Assembly: GCA_965215275.1 (NCBI GenBank)
Contig: OZ244044.1
Span: 1,344,001 to 1,408,000, forward strand
Direction of reading: 5' to 3'
DNA from: Thermodesulfobacteriota bacterium
GTDB lineage: Bacteria > Desulfobacterota_D > UBA1144 > Nemesobacterales > JAJCZQ01
Length of the DNA: 64,000 nt
Positions 1 to 9,072 of the stretch are shown here, piece by piece; position 1 is the stretch's first letter; the number at the start of each line of letters is the position of its first letter. Made by a program: the position numbers and the translations under genes. The notes below the pieces were generated by a model. That model was not told where the DNA came from and ran no database searches. It saw only the letters and a list, made by a program, of their open reading frames with translations.

Positions 1-1325
1 ATACAGTGTTCGATCGAGTCAAATATGGACAGGTCGTGTTCCTGGGATATAAGTTCTAAGTCGTCCATTGTTACCTTTCCGATCTTTCGTGATGGAACGT
101 TAATAATTCTCCTCATGCTCAGGTCATCTGCAGGATGTCTTATCAGCCTGAGATAAGAGATTATGTCTTTTATTTCTGCTCTCTGATAAAATCCGGTACC
201 GCTTATGATTACGTAAGGTATACCTCTTTTTATCAGTTCATCTTCTATCGTCTTTGACTGATGGTGTGTTCTGTAAAATACAGCGATGTCCTTGTAGGAA
301 ACGTTTCTGGTCTTTATCTCTTTATATATACTTTCTACCAGATTTAATGCTTCGTCCTCCCCGTCAGAAGCTCTGTAGTAACTGACGTGGTCTCCCTGAT
401 GGTTATCCGTGTACAGGTTTTTTTCTTTTCTCATCAGGTTGTTTTTTATAAGTTCGTTGGAAAGGTGTAAGATGTTTTTGGTAGTACGGTAATTTTTTTC
501 CAGTTTTACGACCTTTGTTTCCTCAAAATCGTTTTCAAAGTTCAGGATGTTGTTAATATCAGCACCTCTCCAGCCGTATATTGATTGACTGTCATCTCCG
601 ACGACGAATATATTTCTGCTTTTCTGAGCCAGCAGTTCGACCATTAAATACTGAAGATGGTTGGTGTCCTGATACTCGTCAACGAGTATGTGCTTAAATT
701 GTTTTTGATAAGACGCAAGGATTTCCGGATGTTCGGAAAAAAGTCTTACGGTCAAGTTGAGAAGGTCCGTGAAATCAAGGGCATTGTTTTTTCTCATCTC
801 GCTTTCATAAATCCTGATAATTTCCCTCACATTGTGATCGCCTACTTCTAATTCCAGATCATCCATCTTCAGCCCACGTTGTTTGAGTGAGTTGATATTT
901 CCCCTGACCATTTTTGGACTATATATTGCCTCATTGCAGTCAGCGGACTTTATGCATTCTGTTATAAGTTTTATCTGGTCATATTCATCAAAGATCGTAA
1001 AATTTGAGTAAAAGCCTTTAAGGTTTTCTATATCTTTTTTTAAGATCCTGTAGCCGATGGAATGAAAAGTGCCGATCCACATCCCTTTTGTGGATAATCC
1101 TACAAGGCTTTTTACTCGAGATCTCATCTCCTCTGCGGCTTTGTTTGTAAAGGTGACGGCAAGGATGTTGTAAGGTGAGATATTCTCTTTATCTATCAGG
1201 TACGCAATTCTGTGCGTGAGCGTTCTGGTCTTTCCGGAGCCAGCACCTGCGAGGATTAAAAGCGGTCCCCCTGGATGGGTTACTGCCTCATTTTGTTCCT
1301 TGTTTAGTTCTTTCAGAAGTTGCAT
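1..1325 (-). CDS. pcrA: UvrD/PcrA family ATP-dependent DNA helicase (5' part, runs off window)
   Basis: Manual translation from ATG at 1325: MQLLKELNKEQNEAVTHPGGPLLILAGAGSGKTRTLT (Q motif + Walker A), later VDEYQDTN and VGDDSQSIYGWRGA motifs; absent from ORF track because truncated. Confidence 0.92.
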   Translation of the reverse strand, partial: MQLLKELNKEQNEAVTHPGGPLLILAGAGSGKTRTLTHRIAYLIDKENISPYNILAVTFTNKAAEEMRSRVKSLVGLSTKGMWIGTFHSIGYRILKKDIENLKGFYSNFTIFDEYDQIKLITECIKSADCNEAIYSPKMVRGNINSLKQRGLKMDDLELEVGDHNVREIIRIYESEMRKNNALDFTDLLNLTVRLFSEHPEILASYQKQFKHILVDEYQDTNHLQYLMVELLAQKSRNIFVVGDDSQSIYGWRGADINNILNFENDFEETKVVKLEKNYRTTKNILHLSNELIKNNLMRKEKNLYTDNHQGDHVSYYRASDGEDEALNLVESIYKEIKTRNVSYKDIAVFYRTHHQSKTIEDELIKRGIPYVIISGTGFYQRAEIKDIISYLRLIRHPADDLSMRRIINVPSRKIGKVTMDDLELISQEHDLSIFDSIEHC

Positions 1326-1369
1326 GTTATCGTCTCCCATAGAATTAGGTGCATTCGTTCGTATTATAA

Positions 1370-1443
1370 TGGCTGGGCCGGAAGGATTCGAACCCTCACT
1401 TACGGGACCAAAACCCGCTGTCCTGCCATTAGACGACGGCCCA
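1370..1443 (-). tRNA. tRNA-Gln(TTG)
   Basis: Reverse complement TGGGCCGTCGTCTAATGGCAGGACAGCGGG-TT-TTG-GT-CCCGT...GGTTCGAATCC...GGCCCAGCCA: cloverleaf, T-loop, CCA end. Confidence 0.95.
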
Positions 1444-1532
1444 GTTCAGACAGTAAATATACTTACAGCAGTGGTAATCTATCAAGGGTTTTTGTTATAA
1501 GTAATAGATTACTTCAATTTTTTATTTAAAAA

Positions 1533-2996
1533 CTAGCGGACAGGTGGTCTTTTGAGATGCCACTGTTCAGACTGTTCGTAGTTGTTTGCCACTTTCAATA
1601 TGGTTTCTTCGTCAAATGCTTTTCCAATTAACTGAAGTCCTATTGGCAGATTGTCACGGCTTGATCCGCAAGGGATCGATATGCCAGGCAGTCCTGCAAT
1701 GTTGCATGGTATTGTCAGCAGGTCAGACAGGTACATTTTTACCGGGTCTTCCGTTTTCTCCCCTATCTTGAATGCCGTTTCGTGGGAGGTGGGTGTGGCT
1801 ATTACGTCCACTTTTTTCCATGCTTTGTCAAAGTCCTGCTTTATAAGGGTTCTTACTTTCTGAGCCTTTATATAGTAAGCGTCATAGTATCCGGAAGACA
1901 GAGCGTAAGTTCCGAGCATGATCCTTCTTTTGACTTCATCTCCAAACCCTTCGGACCTGCTTTTAAAAAGCAGGTCTCTAAGCGTCTCCGAATCTTTAGT
2001 TCTGTAGCCGTACTTGACGCCGTCGTATCTTGCCAGATTGGAGCTGGCTTCGGAAGGAGCTATGATATAGTAGGTGGAAACGGCGTATTTGGTATGAGGC
2101 AGCGAGATCTCCACTATGTCTGCACCCAGTCCTTCAAGTTTTTTTATTGCCAGATCAACTCCGGACCTGACGTCTTCATTCATTCCCTGTATAAAATATT
2201 CTTTTGGAATCCCGATTTTAATCCCCTTTATATCTTCTTTAAGGTGAGTGGTGAAGTCCGGAACGTCTATATCTACGGAGGTTGAATCGTGACTGTCCGT
2301 GCCTGAAACAGCGTTTAAGATGATCGAAGCATCTTCAACGGTTCGTGCTATCGGTCCCGCCTGATCAAGAGATGAGGCAAACGCTATCATTCCATAGCGG
2401 CTGACCCTTCCATAGGTAGGTTTTAGTCCCACTACTCCGCAAAGTGCACTGGGCTGCCTTATCGACCCTCCCGTGTCAGTACCGACGGAACCAAGGCATA
2501 AGCCGGAAGCAGTCGCTGCGCATGACCCTCCGCTTGATCCACCCGGCACTCTTTCAACGTTCCAGGGATTTCTGACCGGTCCGAAAAAAGATGTTTCATT
2601 GGATGAACCCATTGCGAATTCGTCCATGTTGTTCTTTCCGATAATTACAGCTCCGGAGCTTTTCAGCTTCGCTGCTACCGTTGAATCATACGGCGAGATA
2701 AAATTTTCCAGCATTTTTGACCCACAGGTAGATGGAGCATCTCTCATTACGAATATATCTTTAAGGCTTAAGGGTATTCCATGAAGAGGTCCCAGGTACT
2801 TGCCGGCGATAATGTCTTTTTCGGCCTTCTCTGCCGTTTTCATGGCGGAGTCCCTTAGAAGGGCAATATAGGAGTTCAGTTTTTTATCTATTTTATCAAC
2901 GCGGTCTAAAATTGCAGACGTGATCTCAACCGGGGAGATCTCCTTTGTTCTGATCAGACGTGAAGCTTTGCTAATGCTCAGATAGTGTAGTTCCAT
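1533..2996 (-). CDS. gatA: Asp-tRNA(Asn)/Glu-tRNA(Gln) amidotransferase subunit A
   Basis: Amidase signature GGSSGGS, GTDTGGSIRQP, SSNLARYDG. Confidence 0.97.
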   Translation of the reverse strand: MELHYLSISKASRLIRTKEISPVEITSAILDRVDKIDKKLNSYIALLRDSAMKTAEKAEKDIIAGKYLGPLHGIPLSLKDIFVMRDAPSTCGSKMLENFISPYDSTVAAKLKSSGAVIIGKNNMDEFAMGSSNETSFFGPVRNPWNVERVPGGSSGGSCAATASGLCLGSVGTDTGGSIRQPSALCGVVGLKPTYGRVSRYGMIAFASSLDQAGPIARTVEDASIILNAVSGTDSHDSTSVDIDVPDFTTHLKEDIKGIKIGIPKEYFIQGMNEDVRSGVDLAIKKLEGLGADIVEISLPHTKYAVSTYYIIAPSEASSNLARYDGVKYGYRTKDSETLRDLLFKSRSEGFGDEVKRRIMLGTYALSSGYYDAYYIKAQKVRTLIKQDFDKAWKKVDVIATPTSHETAFKIGEKTEDPVKMYLSDLLTIPCNIAGLPGISIPCGSSRDNLPIGLQLIGKAFDEETILKVANNYEQSEQWHLKRPPVR

Positions 2997-3010
2997 AAAG
3001 TAACGACGAC

Positions 3011-3301
3011 CTACCCTTCTATGACTTTCGGCACTACAAAAAATCCACTGCTTGTTTCGGGAGCGTTCACCAGTGCGTCTTCTTTTGTAATCGACTGATG
3101 GATCTCATCGTCCCTCAGTGGTGCTGATATTGCCAGAACGTGCGAGGAATCTTCCGTTCTTTCCGTGTTCAGTTCGTTCAGGTCCTCAATGTGTTTTAAT
3201 ATCTCACCGAGCTGTCCGGTGAATTTTTCCAGCTCAGGACCTGTAAATTCCAGCCTGGCAAGTTCTGCCGTTGTTCTTACTTCCTCTTTGGATATTTTCA
3301 T
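3011..3301 (-). CDS. gatC: Amidotransferase subunit C
   Basis: MKISKEEVRTTAELARL...NAPE...FFVVPKVI; directly upstream of gatA; start trimmed to ATG 3301. Confidence 0.93.
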   Translation of the reverse strand: MKISKEEVRTTAELARLEFTGPELEKFTGQLGEILKHIEDLNELNTERTEDSSHVLAISAPLRDDEIHQSITKEDALVNAPETSSGFFVVPKVIEG

Positions 3302-3360
3302 TGGACGTGCTTTGAAAAAGACTGGGGTAATTGTTATCCGATCTGGCGGTTTTATCAAAT

Positions 3361-4305
3361 TTACGCGGCGCAGAGATTTTCGGCAAAGTCCACGATCGGT
3401 CCCTCCAGTTTCGTGTTGCTGAAATGGTTTATTTCCCGGACGCACGTGGGACTTGTGGTGTTGATCTCGGTCAGATATCCCCCGACGACGTCAATGCCCG
3501 CAAGGTAAAGTCCATCCTGCTTCAGTCTTGAAGAGACGGCTTTGCATATATTAACGTCCCTTTCGTTGAGCTGGGTTTTTTCTGCATGACCGCCGGAGTG
3601 AAAATTACTTCTGAAATCCCCTTTTGCGGCGACCCTGAGCACTGCACCGATCGGCTCTCCGTTCAGCATGATTATTCTTTTATCTCCCTCGTGAAACTTT
3701 TCAATGAACTTTTGTGCCATTATATAAACCGATCCGTAGTCCGTAATGTTTTCAAGGATGGACGATGAGTTAAATTCCCCTTCCTGTACGTAAAAAATTC
3801 CTTCACCACCATAGCCGTCAAGAGGTTTTACCACTATTTTCCCTCCTGCCTGAACCATAAAGTCCTTTATCTGATCGATGTTTTTTGACACCAGTGTTTG
3901 AGGTATGAACTGCTCAAAATTCAGGCTGTATATTTTCTCATTGGCCTCTCTTATCCCTTTTGGGCTGTTTATCACTTTGGTACGGTTTTTATCTACCATA
4001 TCCAGTATGTAGGTGGCGTAGACGTAGTTCATATTAAAAGGCGGGTCTTTTCTCATCCATATAACGTCAAAATCATCAAGAGGCGTTGTAAAGCACTTTC
4101 CCAGACTGTAATGATCATCGGACGTTTGCAGCTTGATCTGGACTGCACGTGCACAGCCTTGTGCGTTCTCTATAAAAAGGTCCTTTAATTCGCAGTAACA
4201 GACCTTGTGGCCCCGCACCTGGGACTCGATCATAATTGCGAGAGTCGTGTCTTTTTCAACGTTGATGGAGTCAATAGGGTCCATCACAAAAAGCATTTTT
4301 AGCAT
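3361..4305 (-). CDS. gshB: Glutathione synthase
   Basis: VMDPI..I...KDTT, MRKDPPF, KPLDGYGG, EINTTSPT motifs. Confidence 0.95.
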   Translation of the reverse strand: MLKMLFVMDPIDSINVEKDTTLAIMIESQVRGHKVCYCELKDLFIENAQGCARAVQIKLQTSDDHYSLGKCFTTPLDDFDVIWMRKDPPFNMNYVYATYILDMVDKNRTKVINSPKGIREANEKIYSLNFEQFIPQTLVSKNIDQIKDFMVQAGGKIVVKPLDGYGGEGIFYVQEGEFNSSSILENITDYGSVYIMAQKFIEKFHEGDKRIIMLNGEPIGAVLRVAAKGDFRSNFHSGGHAEKTQLNERDVNICKAVSSRLKQDGLYLAGIDVVGGYLTEINTTSPTCVREINHFSNTKLEGPIVDFAENLCAA

Positions 4306-4429
4306 TGTATTTTGTACATAAGACCTGTTTGTTTTTATAAAAACCGATGTTACATATTATACATCAGATAAATTGATTATAAATTCTGCAAAGGTATATA
4401 TTATAAACTTTGCAGTTGATCTGAACGTT

Positions 4430-5065
4430 ATGAAATTAGAAGATCTGATAAAAGAGCGGGAAAGGAAAGGAACGGAGGAATTAACTGCCTCCTTGAAGAT
4501 CGCAGAGAGGGAGTGGAACAACGTCAGGACCTCACTTGAACTGTGTGGCGATATAGGTGATTTCCGCAAGGAAGATTTTATGGTCGGTATAATCGAGGAG
4601 GACGTTATCGTCAGGCAGCCCCTAGGCAGTCCGACAAAATCGGTGTCCGGATATTCCCCGACTTATTATCCAATGTATCTTTTGAGAAATTTACTGGTGA
4701 TGGACGACAAAATGTCCGACCTTGGTTACCGGTCAGTTGAGGCAATGTACGTTTTTGTTGAACTGGCTGTCAGTGCAGTTTCAAGACTTGGTATAGATGG
4801 CAACTTCGCAATGGGTTTTGGCAACGGTTATGCGTACGTCCGCACTGGATGGGTCGCCGAGAAAGGATGGGCAGTGGAAAGAGATATTTTTTACAGAGAG
4901 TTTTTCAGGGGAAGGAAAGTAAATTACGACTGGGATTTCTTCTGGCACTCAATTAAAAAAAGATTCTTCAGAAATTTTAATATGTTCGAAAGCTGGCAGG
5001 GTAATCCCTCCCTCTACCTGAAGGAGACCAGATCCAGGGCGAAAGTTAAACCTCTTCTTGTTTAG
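4430..5065 (+). CDS. Hypothetical protein
   Basis: Long ORF divergent from gshB, likely start MKLEDL at 4430; no family recognised. Confidence 0.7.
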   Translation: MKLEDLIKERERKGTEELTASLKIAEREWNNVRTSLELCGDIGDFRKEDFMVGIIEEDVIVRQPLGSPTKSVSGYSPTYYPMYLLRNLLVMDDKMSDLGYRSVEAMYVFVELAVSAVSRLGIDGNFAMGFGNGYAYVRTGWVAEKGWAVERDIFYREFFRGRKVNYDWDFFWHSIKKRFFRNFNMFESWQGNPSLYLKETRSRAKVKPLLV

Positions 5066-5091
5066 CCATCTTCATCCTCGGGGTTTTTATA

Positions 5092-6438
5092 CTACTCGTA
5101 GGCAAGATTTTCGAAGCTCGGAACGCCCTGACTTTCAAGGAAAGCGAGTTTCACGGACCCCACAGGGCCGTTTCTTTGCTTGGCAACTATGATCTCAGCC
5201 TCTCCATCTTTTTCCTTAGGGCCTTTCCTGTAGGCATCCATCCTGTGTATAAACATCACAACGTCTGCATCTTGCTCAATGGCCCCACTTTCCCTGAGGT
5301 CTGCAAGCTGAGGCCTTCTGTCAGCTCTCGTTTCAGCCTGCCGGTTGAGCTGAGAAATGCCAATAACGGGTAAGTCTAACTCTTTAGCAAGTGCTTTAAG
5401 GGAACCGGATATCATGGCGATCTCCCTTTCACGGGATTCTGCTCTGCTGTGTCCTCGCATCAGCTGTAAGTAATCCACTATGAGCAGATCAAGTCCCTTA
5501 TCTCTTTTTTGTCTCCTTGCTTTTGCTCTTATTTCCATGACCGTCAGAGCTGGCGTATCATCAATAAACAGGTCTGTTTTGCTGTAAGCTTCAGCAGAAT
5601 TGTGTAGAGGTTTCATATCCTGGTCGTTAATAAATCCTCTTCGTATGTTTGAGAAGTCAACCTTGGATTTCATAGATAAAAGCCTGAGCATTAACTGTAC
5701 CCTGGACATTTCAAGTGAGAAAAATCCAACTTTGAGACCACCGTTAAGAACGGCATGTGAGGCAATGTTCAGACAAAATGACGTTTTTCCAAGGCCAGGT
5801 CTTGCGGCAATAATTATCAGGTCTGACTTCATAAGTCCGGAAGTTAAAAGATCAAGGTCTATAAACCCGGTTGATACACCAGCAACGAGGTTCTCTTTTG
5901 AACGTGCGGATTCAATCCACTTAAAAGCATCTGAAGCAAGGTCTTTGGCACTGTAAAAGCCCTGCTTTATCTGATCTTGAGCTATGTCAAGTATCTTTTT
6001 TTCTGCAGCGTCCAGCAGATCTGAAGTTTCCACGCTGTCGCTCCGTGCATCGCGGTTAATCTGCAAGGCAGTAAGTAACAGGCTTCTCAGAATGGACTTA
6101 TCTTTTACTATCTTTGCGTAATGGACAACGTTCGCCGTTGAGGGAACCAGACTGGTCAGGTGAGCAAGATAAGCGGCAGGACCACCATCCTCCTTGAAAA
6201 TGTTGTCCTTGTCCTTTAAATGTTCCAGCAGGGTAACCACGTCAATAGGTTTGCCGTTCTCAACAAGTTCGATCATTGAACTGAACAGTTTCCTGTGAGA
6301 TGGCTGGTGAAAATCCTCGTATAACAAGATATCCATGACCTCGTCTACAGAGTTGTTGTTAATAAGTATGGCACCAAGAACAGCTTTTTCGGCTTCTTCG
6401 CTGTAGGGGAGTGACTGGTCTGTGTTTTTCATAACCAT
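5092..6438 (-). CDS. dnaB: Replicative DNA helicase
   Basis: AARPGLGKT, FSLEMS, IVDYLQL, SQLNR, DLRESGAIEQDAD, KQRNGP. Confidence 0.97.
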   Translation of the reverse strand: MVMKNTDQSLPYSEEAEKAVLGAILINNNSVDEVMDILLYEDFHQPSHRKLFSSMIELVENGKPIDVVTLLEHLKDKDNIFKEDGGPAAYLAHLTSLVPSTANVVHYAKIVKDKSILRSLLLTALQINRDARSDSVETSDLLDAAEKKILDIAQDQIKQGFYSAKDLASDAFKWIESARSKENLVAGVSTGFIDLDLLTSGLMKSDLIIIAARPGLGKTSFCLNIASHAVLNGGLKVGFFSLEMSRVQLMLRLLSMKSKVDFSNIRRGFINDQDMKPLHNSAEAYSKTDLFIDDTPALTVMEIRAKARRQKRDKGLDLLIVDYLQLMRGHSRAESREREIAMISGSLKALAKELDLPVIGISQLNRQAETRADRRPQLADLRESGAIEQDADVVMFIHRMDAYRKGPKEKDGEAEIIVAKQRNGPVGSVKLAFLESQGVPSFENLAYE

Positions 6439-6458
6439 CGTAATTTAACCATCATATT

Positions 6459-7790
6459 TTAGTTTTCAATCAGGATAATTCCAATATCCATAACGTTCGT
6501 GCCCGTGGGTCCTGTCTTTATAAGGTCGTCCAGTTTTTTGAAAAAATTATATGAGTTATTATCCGCAAGGTGATCCCTTGCACTGCAGTTGAACGTTCTT
6601 GCCACAAGTCTTGAATTTCCGTCACAGATAGCTCCTGCTGCGTCCGTGGGACCGTCTATACCATCGGTGCTTGCGAACAGTCCAACGATATTTTTATGAC
6701 CTACTATTTCCATACAGAACGCGATCGCGGTTTCCATGTTCCTTCCGCCCTTACCGCTGCCTATTACGTTTACGGTCGTTTCACCTCCGTAGATAACGCA
6801 AGCCGGCTTTTTAATTGGCATGCCAAGTCTTTCGATCTCAAAAGCTATTCCTGCTACTACCTTTGCTACCTCTCTTGCCTCACCGCTTATCTGTGATGAA
6901 AGCAGCAGCGTGTTATAACCAAGCTGTTTTGCTTTTTTTTCTGCCATTGCCAGAGATTTGAAATTGTTGCCGACTATTACCGTCTGCTGTCTGTCAAAGT
7001 TTAGTTCTTTTTTACTTAACAGGTTAGGTATTAAACCTTTTCTGCCTTTATCTAAGTGTAAAAGCACCTTGGGCGGGATAACGTGTTCCAGTTTAAGTGC
7101 TTCTATAACCCTCCATGCCTCTTCGAAAGTCGTGGTATCGGCCACTGTCGGACCTGAGGCTATTACCTCAAGTTTATCACCTACCACGTCTGATAATATC
7201 AGAGTGATGATCTGTGCCGGAATGGCCTTTTTAAGCAGTCCGCCCCCTTTGATCTGTGAAAGTTTCTTTCTCACCGTGTTGAATCCATTGGCATCTACGC
7301 CGGACAGGAGGAGTTCTGAGGTTACTTTTTGTTTTTCTTCAATACTGATCTTTTCCCTTGGCATTGCCAGAAGGGAACTGCCGCCACCGGATATTAGAAA
7401 TATTACAAGGTCGTCTTCTCCTGCTTTATCCAAAATGCTTGTGACCTTAATGGCCGCCTGCAGGCTCTTGTCGTCGGGTATGGGGTGGCTTGAAAGATAA
7501 AAGTTCATACGGTCGAACGAGTGGTCGGGTTTGGAGTTAGAAATAATAATTCCATCCGTGACACTGTCTCCGAGCAGCGTTTCCATTGAACTGGCCATTG
7601 ATGAGGCCGCTTTACCAAAGGCAACTATGTATATTGCTCTGTAGTCAGCGATTTTGTATTTTTGAGAATCTACTCTTAATACACCTCTGTTAAGGGAGAC
7701 GTGCTCTAATATGCACCTTCTGGGATTTGCGGCATTCAGTGCCTCGTTAAATATTTCTCTGGCGTCACTGCGGAGTTTTTCTGTGGACAT
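6459..7790 (-). CDS. Glycerate kinase (DUF4147/MOFRL, GckA/TtuD type)
   Basis: FGKAA, LISGGGSSL, SDVVGD..IASGPT, GGETTV, TDGIDG, TGTNVMD. Confidence 0.92.
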   Translation of the reverse strand: MSTEKLRSDAREIFNEALNAANPRRCILEHVSLNRGVLRVDSQKYKIADYRAIYIVAFGKAASSMASSMETLLGDSVTDGIIISNSKPDHSFDRMNFYLSSHPIPDDKSLQAAIKVTSILDKAGEDDLVIFLISGGGSSLLAMPREKISIEEKQKVTSELLLSGVDANGFNTVRKKLSQIKGGGLLKKAIPAQIITLILSDVVGDKLEVIASGPTVADTTTFEEAWRVIEALKLEHVIPPKVLLHLDKGRKGLIPNLLSKKELNFDRQQTVIVGNNFKSLAMAEKKAKQLGYNTLLLSSQISGEAREVAKVVAGIAFEIERLGMPIKKPACVIYGGETTVNVIGSGKGGRNMETAIAFCMEIVGHKNIVGLFASTDGIDGPTDAAGAICDGNSRLVARTFNCSARDHLADNNSYNFFKKLDDLIKTGPTGTNVMDIGIILIEN

Positions 7791-7887
7791 AGGTACTCAA
7801 TATTACCTAAAAAACGGCAGATGGTCATCCCCGATGACCGCAATAGTTTAAGTTTGCAGGACCTGATGAAAAGGTTACTATTTATCT

Positions 7888-8931
7888 GTGATCAAGAAAC
7901 TATGTAATTCCATGGTCTTTATGGCGGTAACCTTTGCGGTCTTAATGGTTTTTCTCTCCTTTTTTTCCTGTATAAAGCAAACGGAAAGTCTGTTGTACGA
8001 GCGCTCTTTTTATAATATGGGTTCTAAATTCAGCTATAAGCTTTATTGTAAAAACAGATATATATGCAGTGATGCCGTGACCGAGTCTCAGAAGAGATTG
8101 AGAGATATAGACTATATTTTCAGCAACTACAGGGACGACAGCGTGCTCAGCAGGGTTAACTCCAAAGCCGGAATTAAACCGGTAAAGGTGCCGCAGGAGT
8201 TTATTGATCTGACAAGTTCGTCAGTTAAATATTCAAAGCTGACCGATGGAGCCTTTGATATTTCAGTTGGCTATTTATTTGATATCTGGAAAGCGAAGAA
8301 AGACGGTCTTCCCACTTATAAGCAGATATCAGATGCTTTACGCTGCACGGGCTACGAAAAAATAGAAATTAACAAGGCGGAAAGCACTGTTTTTTTCAAA
8401 TCCGACTGTTTAAAGCTTGACTACGGAGCTATAGGAAAGGGTTATGCAGTTGATCAGGTTGCGGAAATATTAAAAGCGTATGGGATTAAGGATTTTCTCC
8501 TGAACTTTGGAGGAAATATACTGGCCCTTGGAAACAGGAAAGACGCTAAAGGCTGGGACGTTGGTATTCAGGACCCTTTTCATAAGGATAAAGTATTAAC
8601 TGAGGTTAACGTAAGCGGGGTCGGGATAGCCACCTCTGGAGATTACGAGAAATATTTTGTGATCGGCGGGAGGAAATATTCACATATTATAGACCCTGTC
8701 GAGGGTTTCCCCGTGGAGGGTCTTTCCTCTGTCGTGGTTCTTGCCGGCTCTGCCGAAGCAGCAGACGTTTTATCAACTGCATTCAGTGTTATGGGTGTGG
8801 AAAGAACAAAGAACTATATTAAAAATAATAATGAGATAGCCGTTATTATGGTTGAAGGGGATATATCAAACAAAAATATTTACAGATCTCAGAGATTCAG
8901 GACATTGGAAAAATCCCTTAAGCTAAAATAA
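7888..8931 (+). CDS. apbE: FAD:protein FMN transferase (ApbE), lipoprotein-like signal
   Basis: MGS, TDGAFDISVG, LDYGAIGKGYAVD, IATSGDYE, YSHIIDP, ADVLSTA. Confidence 0.95.
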   Translation: MIKKLCNSMVFMAVTFAVLMVFLSFFSCIKQTESLLYERSFYNMGSKFSYKLYCKNRYICSDAVTESQKRLRDIDYIFSNYRDDSVLSRVNSKAGIKPVKVPQEFIDLTSSSVKYSKLTDGAFDISVGYLFDIWKAKKDGLPTYKQISDALRCTGYEKIEINKAESTVFFKSDCLKLDYGAIGKGYAVDQVAEILKAYGIKDFLLNFGGNILALGNRKDAKGWDVGIQDPFHKDKVLTEVNVSGVGIATSGDYEKYFVIGGRKYSHIIDPVEGFPVEGLSSVVVLAGSAEAADVLSTAFSVMGVERTKNYIKNNNEIAVIMVEGDISNKNIYRSQRFRTLEKSLKLK

Positions 8932-9033
8932 ATAGGTGGTCATGGGTCCAAAAGAATTTGGAATTTATTTTCAGGGAATATTCCCTCCATCCTGAAGACC
9001 TTTATCATTGTAAAAAAGAAAAGAAGTTCGTAC

Positions 9034-9063
9034 TTGACATTCGGTCAGTATACAAAGTAAAAT
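9034..9063 (+). promoter_or_regulatory. Putative sigma70 promoter of S8 paralog 1
   Basis: TTGACA (9034-9039), 18 nt, TAAAAT (9058-9063); a homologous upstream region precedes paralog 3. Confidence 0.55.
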
Positions 9064-9072
9064 GAAAAGGTC

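Noticed and set aside
3302..3445. Long N-terminal extension of gatC
   Set aside because: Overlaps gshB; GatC homology starts at 3301
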